The notes below the pieces were generated by a model that did no database searches, was not told where the DNA came from, and saw only the letters and a list, made by a program, of their open reading frames with translations. The translations under genes and the position numbers were made by a program. 24,060 nt of DNA from Burkholderiales bacterium. GTDB taxonomy: Bacteria; Pseudomonadota; Gammaproteobacteria; Burkholderiales; Burkholderiaceae_F. The stretch is taken from NCBI GenBank assembly GCA_021205255.1, contig JAJPXW010000332.1, forward strand, positions 1 to 24,060. The letters are read 5' to 3'. Of the stretch, positions 1-8,188 are shown piece by piece (position 1 is the first letter of the stretch; each line of letters begins with the position of its first letter).

Positions 1-132
1 GGAGGAATTTGCTTTACTACTTGAATATGCAAGAGGAGATCCTTAGTTGATCAATTTCATTCACATATTAAAATCCCGAATTCTAATCAATGGACTAACC
101 CCTAATAAGCAGTAAAACTTGGACGTGTTCCC

Positions 133-585
133 GTGGCAAAGATTCAAAATAAAAAGGCTCGTTTTAACTACACCATAGAAGAGACGTTCGAGGCTGGCCT
201 AGAACTTAAAGGTTGGGAAGTTAAATCCATACGTGAAGGTCGGGCTCAAATTACAGAAGCGCATATTTATTCCCGCAATGGCGAACTGTTTTTACTAAAT
301 GGCCGCGTAGTCCCACTTTCAACAGCAAGCACGCACGAAAAGGCCGAACCCACTCGTACTCGCAAGCTACTCATGCATAAATCTGAAATCATGAAGCTCA
401 TTGGTCGCTCAGAGCGGGCTGGCTACGCATTATTGCCTCTGGAAATCTACTTTTCCAAGCACGGGAAAGTAAAGATGACCGTCGGACTAGGTAAAGGCAA
501 AAAGCTTTACGAGAAACGAGACGAAATTGGAGAGCGGGAATGGAGAAGAACTCAGGAGAGACTGCTTAAACATAAAGCTCGCTAG
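133..585 (+). CDS. smpB: SsrA-binding protein SmpB (tmRNA trans-translation)
   Basis: 150 aa, GTG start. Typical motifs NKKARFNY, EAGLELKGWEVKS, PTRTRKLL and GKGKK. The C-terminal DKR motif reads EKR (see findings). Confidence 0.97.
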   Translation: MAKIQNKKARFNYTIEETFEAGLELKGWEVKSIREGRAQITEAHIYSRNGELFLLNGRVVPLSTASTHEKAEPTRTRKLLMHKSEIMKLIGRSERAGYALLPLEIYFSKHGKVKMTVGLGKGKKLYEKRDEIGEREWRRTQERLLKHKAR

Positions 586-614
586 TCTTCAAACAGCCAT
601 TCTCCTCCTTCGAA

Positions 615-1823
615 TTATTTACTGGCTGGCACCAGTAGGCTCTTTCTAATTGATATTAGGAAAAAGGCTACTGGAATCAGGATAAGACCCGAAAGCGCAA
701 TAATTGAGCCATAGCTTACGTGGTTTGCTAACATTCCCGCACCTGCCGGACCAATCGTCATCCCTACGTGGCTAAATAGGAAGTTATAGCCAAACACTGT
801 GCCGGACTCCTCTGAAGGCGTATAGACAGTAAGCAAGGAATTGATAGTCGGAATAAGTCCGGCTACTGCAAATCCACCAAAGAATCTCCAGGCTGTGAAT
901 CCTGCCACGGAAGTAGCGAGAATCTGAGCAACAATCAGGATAGCCGATGCAAATAACGCAAAAATCAAGACTTTTAAGAAGCCATACTTTTGTCCAACCA
1001 TTCCGAGTATTGGAGAAGCAATCATGACGGAAATACCGCAAATCGAGAATACGGAACCAGCCACCATCATGATGTTGTCCATAGATTTTTGCAATGCGGC
1101 TAAGTAAAGGGGAAGAATCGGCGGAAGCATGTACAACGATGTGTAGACCAACATCGAAGTAAAGAGCATGATCAGGACTCTTCGATTCTTTAGCACTCCT
1201 GTATTTAATAAGTTGGTTTTCTTCTTAATGACTGGGTGGTTGCCCTCTTTCACGAAAATCATGATAAGCATGGCAACTGCAAGCAATGAACATCCACCAA
1301 TAAAGAAAGATAGGCGCATGCCGAATATTTCGGCCAAAACTCCACCAAGGAATGGTCCTGCAATACCTCCTACCGTCATGCCACCTTGCAGCAAACCCAT
1401 GGAAAAGCCCATTCGGTTATGAGGCATATTAGTGGCGATTAATGCCAGTAATGCAGGATAAAGTCCAGCACAAAAGCCTTGGAAGAAACGAGCGAAGAAT
1501 AATTGCAGTGGCGTTTGTACCACTCCGCACAATGAATATGCGATTGCCAGACCTATCGAAGCCCTTAACGCCATTAACTTGCGACTTTTACGGTCTGAGA
1601 GCAGTCCCCAGATCGGTCCCATCAAACCGCCGATAAAAAACGTGATGGAAAAAATCCAACCTGACCAAGTGTTGACTTCAGAAGTTGGGACATTGAGTTC
1701 CTTCACTAGATAAAGCTGAAGGAAAGGAGTGATCATGGTGAACGTCATTTCCATTAGGAAAGCGCTCAATGTTAGGATGGTAAGTGGAAAAATCCATCCG
1801 CTTGAATTCCTCGGAAATCGCAT
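615..1823 (-). CDS. MFS transporter, DHA1 drug:H+ antiporter family (MdtG-like)
   Basis: 402 aa with about 12 hydrophobic segments. Motif A variant WGLLSDRKSRK and antiporter motif C GGIAGPFLGG. The N-terminal PFLQLYL...WSGWIFSITF resembles MdtG. Substrate unknown. Confidence 0.88.
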   Translation of the reverse strand: MRFPRNSSGWIFPLTILTLSAFLMEMTFTMITPFLQLYLVKELNVPTSEVNTWSGWIFSITFFIGGLMGPIWGLLSDRKSRKLMALRASIGLAIAYSLCGVVQTPLQLFFARFFQGFCAGLYPALLALIATNMPHNRMGFSMGLLQGGMTVGGIAGPFLGGVLAEIFGMRLSFFIGGCSLLAVAMLIMIFVKEGNHPVIKKKTNLLNTGVLKNRRVLIMLFTSMLVYTSLYMLPPILPLYLAALQKSMDNIMMVAGSVFSICGISVMIASPILGMVGQKYGFLKVLIFALFASAILIVAQILATSVAGFTAWRFFGGFAVAGLIPTINSLLTVYTPSEESGTVFGYNFLFSHVGMTIGPAGAGMLANHVSYGSIIALSGLILIPVAFFLISIRKSLLVPASK

Positions 1824-2064
1824 ATTTTTCTATCCAGTTTTAATGGATTTTACAGGAATCGAACGAAAGGCTGATGCTTCTACAAAGTCTAGGAATGAAG
1901 TAGGAATCTTCCTATAGGTTTTAAGAGATTATTTACGCTTTGAAGCCGAGGTCAGTTAATTTCATAAACCTTGTTTTGCTGATAAAAACGACTTCAAAGT
2001 TAAAACAAACCTGCTTTTACCTCCTCGATTAAGACCGTAGAAAGCTAAAATTTTTTATCCCGTC

Positions 2065-2085
2065 AAAAAGGAGGGTATCCCCTCC
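2065..2085 (-). terminator. Intrinsic terminator downstream of the alcohol dehydrogenase gene
   Basis: The minus strand reads GGAGGG-GATA-CCCTCC-TTTTT: a 6-bp GC-rich stem followed by a U tract, about 60 nt after the stop at 2144. Confidence 0.75.
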
Positions 2086-2105
2086 CTCATGAAGATTAGC
2101 TCTTC

Positions 2106-2136
2106 ACTGACGACCAATTTCAAATTGGCCGTCAGT
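2106..2136 (-). other. Long stem-loop immediately 3' of the dehydrogenase stop codon
   Basis: The plus strand reads ACTGACG-A-CCAATTT-C-AAATTGG-C-CGTCAGT. The single A/C mismatch becomes a G.U pair on the minus-strand RNA. There is no U tract. Confidence 0.65.
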
Positions 2137-2143
2137 TGCCTGT

Positions 2144-3313
2144 TTAACGCATTAGAGCGTATATCTTTTCAATGTCTTCTGCCTTGAGCGGTACAAAGTT
2201 TCCAAGTTTCCCAGGAATCATCACTGCTTTTTCAGCAAGCTTGTGGATATCTACATTTTCTGCGCCGATATCTTTTAATGTCGCAGGCGCACCCATTTCC
2301 TTATAGAACTTGCGCAGAGCCTCAATTCCAGCTTCGGCAGTCTTTTCAGGTGTCTCCTGCGGTTTTACTCCCATGACGTTCACCGCAAACTGCGCTACTC
2401 TTTCAGGATTTTTCGGTGTTACATATTCCAACCATGCTGGAGTAACTACGGCTAGTCCTAAACCATGTGTGATGTGGTCGTTCCAGGCACTAAGCTCATG
2501 CTCCATGCCATGGGATGCCCAATCTTCTACTTGACCTAAGGAATAGTAGCCATTGTGAGCAAACGAACCTGCCAGTCCAAGCTGACTCCAAGCATCGTAA
2601 TTCTTTGGATCTTTCTCAACAATAAGGCCGTTCTTCATGATGGATCTCATGGCAGCTTCAGCTTGACCATCGACAAAATCCGTATTCTTTGTCGGCGTGA
2701 AATACCTTTCCATGATGTGGCTCATCATGTCGATAACTCCAGCCCTTATCTGATTTTGTGGCAGCGTAAAGAAGTATTCCGGATCAATTAAAGCGACGAA
2801 AGGTCTAATGACAGGCGTTCCAATGCCCAACTTTCTTCCATTTCCATTAATAACCACACGGATACTCTGTTCGCTTCCAGCAGCTGGAATAGTTAAAACA
2901 GCAGCTACTGGAAGAGCAGTCTTCGGTGTAGCTTTCTGCAGGAAGAAGTCCCAGACATCTCCGTCATAAGGAACACCCAAGGCAATTGCCTTAGCAGTAT
3001 CGATTACGCTTCCACCACCTACAGCTAGAATCGCCTTGACATTGTTTTTACGGGCAATATCGATGCCTTCGTATACCTTTTCAATGGAAGGATTCGGATG
3101 GACACCGCCGAAAGGAATGAATTTAAGTCCAGCTTCCGTCAGACTTTTTTCCGCATCGGCAAGAATGCCGTTCTTAACTACACTGCCTCCTCCATATACG
3201 ACAAGGATTTCAGCACCCTCTCCGGCCTTATCTTTCATTAATTGGCCAATCTTACTTATCTGACCTTTTCCAAAAACCAGTTTTGTTGGATTGGAATACT
3301 CAAAATTATTCAT
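2144..3313 (-). CDS. Iron-containing alcohol/aldehyde dehydrogenase (YqhD/BdhA family)
   Basis: 389 aa. Motifs YGGGSVVKNG, VGGGSVIDTAKAIA and TIPAAGSE. Metal ligands in DMMSHIMERYF, HGMEH and HGLGLA. The first GGGS loop resembles that of NADPH-using YqhD; cofactor preference is inference. Confidence 0.92.
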   Translation of the reverse strand: MNNFEYSNPTKLVFGKGQISKIGQLMKDKAGEGAEILVVYGGGSVVKNGILADAEKSLTEAGLKFIPFGGVHPNPSIEKVYEGIDIARKNNVKAILAVGGGSVIDTAKAIALGVPYDGDVWDFFLQKATPKTALPVAAVLTIPAAGSEQSIRVVINGNGRKLGIGTPVIRPFVALIDPEYFFTLPQNQIRAGVIDMMSHIMERYFTPTKNTDFVDGQAEAAMRSIMKNGLIVEKDPKNYDAWSQLGLAGSFAHNGYYSLGQVEDWASHGMEHELSAWNDHITHGLGLAVVTPAWLEYVTPKNPERVAQFAVNVMGVKPQETPEKTAEAGIEALRKFYKEMGAPATLKDIGAENVDIHKLAEKAVMIPGKLGNFVPLKAEDIEKIYALMR

Positions 3314-3506
3314 AATTATCTTTTCAAGTTAAATGGATAAGCGATTCCTTTCGGCCTTGTCTAAGTGGGCAAAGTTAAAGGAATTTTGCAAAAGGATTGT
3401 AGAGCACCGCAAAATTTATGAATTAGACGCAGTGCCCCATGGAGGGCAACACGCCAACCGGTTTTTATTAAAAGTCAAAGCTTTGGCACAATAAACACAA
3501 GCTATT

Positions 3507-3532
3507 AAAAAAAGCCATTAAGCCAATAGCTT
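3507..3532 (-). terminator. Possible weak intrinsic terminator after the hypothetical gene
   Basis: The minus strand reads AAGCTATT-GGCTT-AATGGCTT-TTTTT: an 8-bp AU-rich stem with one G.U pair, then a U tract. An alternative pairing AAGCTATT (3499-3506) / AATAGCTT (3525-3532) also exists. Confidence 0.45.
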
Positions 3533-3614
3533 TTATACCTTTATCTTTCTCAGTAAGCCTAAGTTAACCGAAAGTGGCAGAAGACCAAGAAAGGAAATAT
3601 TTAGGCAACGGTGA

Positions 3615-4148
3615 TTAGTTAAGTTCCGGTCCTACTGGAGCTCCCACTAGCAACATAGACCAAGTTTCAATAAAGCGATCCACAGCTGGAGGCAACTGCT
3701 CTGGATACTCCAAAAGTTCACCTGCAACAAGACAATCTTCGACTGCGAGCGCACTTTGATCTTTAAAAAGATCGAATACAAGCTTCAATACATCCCGATC
3801 TTTTTCTGGGAAGCTTTCTATTCCACCTTTACGCATAGGAGCTAAAGCAATACGCATATGCTCTGACAGACCATGCGGATTCCAGTGTTCAGGACCCGTT
3901 TCGAAATGTGGATTTTCACCACTAAAAGTCTCAGTTAGCCATTGAGCGAGATAATCGTCTTTCTGACGCACTACTTCAGCGGACAACTCGCCTTGCTTCT
4001 GGGAAATATGTCTTCTCGCCATATTGATGAAGGCCGTCGAAAGCATGATGCGGATCACTGGAAGACTTACTAAAGACGGACTCTGTGGAGCTCTCGAGCT
4101 ATGGTCTTTCCGGCAGCGGTCTCCACTAATTCTTCTGCAGCGTGCCAT
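3615..4148 (-). CDS. Hypothetical protein (177 aa, soluble, no recognised domain)
   Basis: Start moved from 4220 to the ATG at 4148, which has AGGAGG 7 nt upstream. Composition is globular and acidic after a basic N-terminus (MARCRRISGDRCRK). No family motif recognised. Confidence 0.75.
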   Translation of the reverse strand: MARCRRISGDRCRKDHSSRAPQSPSLVSLPVIRIMLSTAFINMARRHISQKQGELSAEVVRQKDDYLAQWLTETFSGENPHFETGPEHWNPHGLSEHMRIALAPMRKGGIESFPEKDRDVLKLVFDLFKDQSALAVEDCLVAGELLEYPEQLPPAVDRFIETWSMLLVGAPVGPELN

Positions 4149-4241
4149 TTTTATGCCTCCTTGCAAAAGTTGCATTCCGACTAAAGGCGTATTTGGCAAT
4201 TGGCTACAAGCATATGCCAAATTAAAACCACAAGTTAATGG

Positions 4242-4667
4242 CTAGGGCTGCATGAGCACTAACTTGTTGGGTAGCACCTTCCAAATAAAGTACGTGCCTG
4301 GCGGTAGTTTCGAATCTACGTTGAAGGCAATTTCCGCTTTCCATAACTTTCCGTTGAATTGCACCGTCGCATAGCGGTTATCTTGCCACTCATGCACAAT
4401 CACCGGCTTGCCCACCCAACGCTTTAAGCGATCCGAGCTAAGAGATTCTTCTTGCGCATTGCCCTGCATATTGTTGTAGACAAAAAGCATAAAGAGCGCA
4501 AACATCACCAAGATTGCAATTTGGACGTAGACAGAGCCAATAAAGAAGGAGAACATCCCTGTAATAAAGCAAGCTGCCGCGACAATTAAAAACGAAACGT
4601 TGGAGAAATAAAGATCCAACGCCCCGATGATGGCGGCCACAGCAAACCAGAAGAAGTTCAAACTCAT
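4242..4667 (-). CDS. NfeD-family (YbbJ-like) membrane protein with C-terminal OB fold
   Basis: 141 aa. About three hydrophobic N-terminal segments, then WVGKPVIV...ATVQFNGKLWKAE...LPPGTYFIWKVLPNKLVL, matching the short NfeD pattern. It lies directly downstream of ppsA, as I recall from Burkholderiales. Confidence 0.78.
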   Translation of the reverse strand: MSLNFFWFAVAAIIGALDLYFSNVSFLIVAAACFITGMFSFFIGSVYVQIAILVMFALFMLFVYNNMQGNAQEESLSSDRLKRWVGKPVIVHEWQDNRYATVQFNGKLWKAEIAFNVDSKLPPGTYFIWKVLPNKLVLMQP

Positions 4668-4680
4668 AGCGCAATTACCC

Positions 4681-4714
4681 GAAACGGCTGATTATCAAAA
4701 TAATCAGCCGTTTC
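4681..4714. terminator. Perfect 15-bp inverted repeat between ppsA and nfeD (terminator or stabilising hairpin)
   Basis: GAAACGGCTGATTAT-CAAA-ATAATCAGCCGTTTC, 22 nt after the ppsA stop. It has only a short GTTTC tail, so terminator strength is uncertain. Confidence 0.6.
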
Positions 4715-4736
4715 AGTATAAAGGAAAACCTAAAAA

Positions 4737-7154
4737 TTACTGAGCTGTGCTAGCTTTCTCGCCCTCTTTTGCTTTTTCGCTTTCAGCTTTTGCTATTTTT
4801 CTCCAAGTGTTGACCACTGTATCGGGGTTCAACGATAGAGACTGGATGCCTTGATCGACAAGCCATTGAGCCAAGTCTGGATGGTCGGAAGGCCCTTGAC
4901 CGCAGATGCCAATGTAAACACCTTTCTTATTGCAAGCGTCAATTGCTTTCTTCAGCAGGATCTTGACGGCTGGATCACGTTCATCGAAGAAATTGGCTAC
5001 TAATCCAGAATCACGGTCAAGACCTAGAGTCAACTGAGTAAGGTCGTTGGAACCAATGGAGAATCCATCAAAGTATTCCAGGAACTCATCGGCTAGCAGC
5101 GCATTACTTGGAATCTCGCACATCATAATAAGACGCAGGCCATTCTTGCCTCTCTTCAGTCCGTGCTCCTCCAACGTTTCGTTGACTTCACGAGCTTCAC
5201 GCAATGTACGGACAAATGGAATCATAACTTCAACATTAGTCAAACCCATTTCATCACGTACTTTCTTGACGGCTTCGCATTCCATCGTGAAGCAATCCGC
5301 AAAGCTATCGGCTACGTAGCGGCTGGCACCACGGAAGCCAAGCATTGGGTTCTCTTCTTCCGGCTCGTAAAGAGCTCCACCAATCAATTTACGATATTCG
5401 TTGCTCTTGAAATCGGATAAGCGAACGATGACTTTCTTCGGCCAGAAAGCAGCCGCAATAGTAGCTATGCCTTCAGCCAGTTTTTCACGGAAGAAATCGG
5501 CTGGTGTCGGATATCCAGCAGAAGCTTCTTCTACTTTTTCCTTCACATCGTCTGGAAGATTTGGATATTGCAAGCAGGCATGCGGGTGGATACCAATGTT
5601 GTTATTAATGATGAACTCAAGTCTTGCCAGACCAACACCTTTATTAGGAATGGACTGGAAGTCGAAAGCTAGCTGTGGGTTACCCACATTCATCATGATT
5701 TTCACTTTGGTTTCCGGCAATGCGCCTTGCTTGACTTCCTGTACTTCAAATGGAAGCATGCCTTGGTAAATATTACCGGTATCGCCTTCTGCGCAGGAAA
5801 CTGTTACTTGTTCGCCATCCTTTAGGACTTTGGTGGCATCGCCACATCCAACGACAGCCGCAATACCAAGTTCACGAGCAATAATAGCGGCATGGCAGGT
5901 ACGTCCACCACGGTTAGTCACAATAGCGGCTGCTTTCTTCATGACTGGCTCCCAGTTAGGATCAGTCATATCGGTAACTAGGATGTCGCCTTCTTTCACC
6001 CGGTGCATTTCTTCCGGACCCATTACGACGCGTACTTTACCTTCGCCGATCTTTTGTCCAATTGCACGACCAGTAATAAGCAATTTGCCTTTTTCAAGAA
6101 GCACATATTTCTGTACTACGTCCTGGCCTTTCTGCTGGGACTTCACGGTTTCTGGACGTGCTTGCAAAATATAGAGCTTACCGTCTATACCGTCTTTGCC
6201 CCATTCAATATCCATTGGACGGCCATAGTGCTTTTCAATAATGCGGGCATCTTTAGCTAGCTGAAGAATTTCGTCATCGGTAAGAGCGAATTTTCTTCTT
6301 TCGTCCATTGGTACATCAACGACTTTCACGGACTTGCCAGAAGACTTGTCATCGTCAAAGACCATCTTGATCTTCTTGCTTCCAAGCACTTTACGAATAA
6401 TGGCTGGCCTGCCTTCGTCAAGCATCGGTTTGCTAACGAAATATTCGTCTGGGTTTACAGCGCCCTGCACAACTGTTTCGCCAAGGCCATAGCTGGCTGT
6501 AATAAAGATGACGCCATCGAAACCGCTTTCGGTATCCAGTGTAAACATTACGCCTGCAGCACCCTTATCGGATCTAACCATGCGCTGTACACCAGCCGAC
6601 AATGCAACATTCGAATGGGCAAATCCCTTATGAACACGATATGAAATTGCACGGTCGTTATAGAGGGAGGCAAATACCTCTTTCATCTTGGCGAAGACTT
6701 GATCGAGACCGACTACGTTAAGGAAAGTTTCCTGCTGACCAGCGAAGGAAGCATCCGGAAGGTCTTCAGCTGTAGCAGAAGAGCGAACGGCTACAGAAAT
6801 TTGCTCTTGATCGCCCTTGAGCCATTTGTAGTACTCTGTAATTTCCTCTTCGAGTTGCTTTGGGAAAGGCGCATCTTCAATCCATTTACGGATCTCCGCA
6901 CCTGCTTTGGCCAATTCTTGTACGTCGTCTACATTAAGATTTGCCAAGCGGTCTTCAATTTTCTTATCAAGACCGCCTTCCTTTAGGAAGGTCCGATACG
7001 CTTCTGCAGTAGTAGCGAAGCCGTCCGGTACTCTGATGCCAGCTGCTGTTAGTTGGCTAAGGAGTTCACCGAGAGAGGCATTCTTGCCACCGACAATGTC
7101 CACATCGGACATGCGCAGTTTGCTGAAAGGGATGACAAAACGTCCTTGTTCCAT
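4737..7154 (-). CDS. ppsA: Phosphoenolpyruvate synthase (pyruvate, water dikinase)
   Basis: 805 aa. Motifs [32 protein letters not shown], phospho-His motif [24 protein letters not shown] and [15 protein letters not shown] 5 nt upstream. Confidence 0.98.
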   Translation of the reverse strand: MEQGRFVIPFSKLRMSDVDIVGGKNASLGELLSQLTAAGIRVPDGFATTAEAYRTFLKEGGLDKKIEDRLANLNVDDVQELAKAGAEIRKWIEDAPFPKQLEEEITEYYKWLKGDQEQISVAVRSSATAEDLPDASFAGQQETFLNVVGLDQVFAKMKEVFASLYNDRAISYRVHKGFAHSNVALSAGVQRMVRSDKGAAGVMFTLDTESGFDGVIFITASYGLGETVVQGAVNPDEYFVSKPMLDEGRPAIIRKVLGSKKIKMVFDDDKSSGKSVKVVDVPMDERRKFALTDDEILQLAKDARIIEKHYGRPMDIEWGKDGIDGKLYILQARPETVKSQQKGQDVVQKYVLLEKGKLLITGRAIGQKIGEGKVRVVMGPEEMHRVKEGDILVTDMTDPNWEPVMKKAAAIVTNRGGRTCHAAIIARELGIAAVVGCGDATKVLKDGEQVTVSCAEGDTGNIYQGMLPFEVQEVKQGALPETKVKIMMNVGNPQLAFDFQSIPNKGVGLARLEFIINNNIGIHPHACLQYPNLPDDVKEKVEEASAGYPTPADFFREKLAEGIATIAAAFWPKKVIVRLSDFKSNEYRKLIGGALYEPEEENPMLGFRGASRYVADSFADCFTMECEAVKKVRDEMGLTNVEVMIPFVRTLREAREVNETLEEHGLKRGKNGLRLIMMCEIPSNALLADEFLEYFDGFSIGSNDLTQLTLGLDRDSGLVANFFDERDPAVKILLKKAIDACNKKGVYIGICGQGPSDHPDLAQWLVDQGIQSLSLNPDTVVNTWRKIAKAESEKAKEGEKASTAQ

Positions 7155-7245
7155 TTTTTCCTCGGAGAGTTATAAAATTCCACTGAAATTTTAGCCTTTA
7201 TTTTCCATGGATTTAAACCATATCAACTAACTTGCTGGACAGCTC

Positions 7246-8130
7246 ATGCCCTCTCAGGAAATCGATAATAAAGACACCCCTAACACTGAAGTAAAACCAA
7301 AAACAAGAACTGTTTTTTACGTCTCGGATGCCACTGCTATTACTGCCGAAACTCTTTCAAATTCAGTTCTGGCGCAATTTCGCGGATTAGCTTATTCACG
7401 TTATAGGATGCCTTTTATAAATACCCTTGAAAAAGCTAAGCAGGCAGCCATGAGGATCAATGAAAAAGGCAAGGAAACAGGTGTTAGACCTATCGTGTTT
7501 TCCACACTTGTAGCAAGCGATCTTGCCTCGACTTTCAATGAATACTGCAATGCATTCGTCATTGAACTTTTCCGCGCTATCGTGGGTCCCCTAGAACGTG
7601 AGCTGGGTATACCTAGCGACCATTCAGTAGGTAAAAGCCATGAAATAGGCGATCAGGAAAGGTATAACAAAAGGATAGAGGCAATTAACTACACCCTTTC
7701 GCATGATGATGGCCAAACTAATCGCGGTCTCGAAGAAGCCGATGTCATCCTAGTCGGAGTTTCAAGATGCGGTAAGACTCCAACTAGTCTTTATTTGGCA
7801 ATGCAGTACGGAATTAAAGCGGCCAACTATCCATTAATTCCTGAGGATTTTGAAAGAGGCGAGCTTCCACATGCCTTACAAGGTATCAAGAAAAAAGTTT
7901 TTGGCCTTTCCATAAGGCCGGAACGACTATCTGTTATTCGTAACGAACGCCGTCCCTTCTCGGAGTACGCCTCTATAGAAAATTGCAGATATGAGACTCG
8001 CGAAGCGGAAATGATGATGAACCGGGAAAATATTCCCTTTTTATCTTCCACCACAAAATCCATTGAGGAGATCTCAGCGACTATCCTGCAGAAGCTCAAA
8101 ATTAAAGCCGATCCACATATAAGGCTTTAA
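7246..8130 (+). CDS. ppsR: PEP synthase regulatory protein (kinase/pyrophosphorylase, DUF299)
   Basis: 294 aa. Motifs VFYVSDATAITAE, AINYTLSHDDG, DVILVGVSRCGKTPTSLYLA and AANYPL. Divergent from ppsA, the usual arrangement. Confidence 0.95.
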   Translation: MPSQEIDNKDTPNTEVKPKTRTVFYVSDATAITAETLSNSVLAQFRGLAYSRYRMPFINTLEKAKQAAMRINEKGKETGVRPIVFSTLVASDLASTFNEYCNAFVIELFRAIVGPLERELGIPSDHSVGKSHEIGDQERYNKRIEAINYTLSHDDGQTNRGLEEADVILVGVSRCGKTPTSLYLAMQYGIKAANYPLIPEDFERGELPHALQGIKKKVFGLSIRPERLSVIRNERRPFSEYASIENCRYETREAEMMMNRENIPFLSSTTKSIEEISATILQKLKIKADPHIRL

Positions 8131-8188
8131 ATTGGTGCACTAAGACCGCTTAAAGGTGTGAAGTAAAGCTAAGAGATAAAGCTACACT

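Noticed and set aside
2-46. Open frame at the window edge, EEFALLLEYARGDP-stop, resembling the GGEEF motif of diguanylate cyclases
   Set aside because: The preceding GG is outside the window and a GGDEF domain would continue well beyond this stop. Fourteen codons cannot support a CDS or pseudogene call; upstream sequence is needed.
1843-1883. GGCTGATGCTTCTAC resembles the 3' end of a fluoride riboswitch
   Set aside because: The conserved 5' GGnGAUGG...pseudoknot segment is missing, and the match is on the plus strand with no downstream gene in that direction.
4070-4147. The +1 frame at the start of the hypothetical gene reads protein-like (WHAAEELVETAAGKTIARELHRVRL-stop)
   Set aside because: It is bounded by stops with no SD-supported start. 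Using it would need two compensating frameshifts, while the main frame is open from a strong SD.
8164-8184. Direct repeat TAAAGCTA x2 between the convergent ppsR and trmH
   Set aside because: Only two 8-bp copies in AT-rich DNA, with no stable stem or U tract. Not distinguishable from chance.
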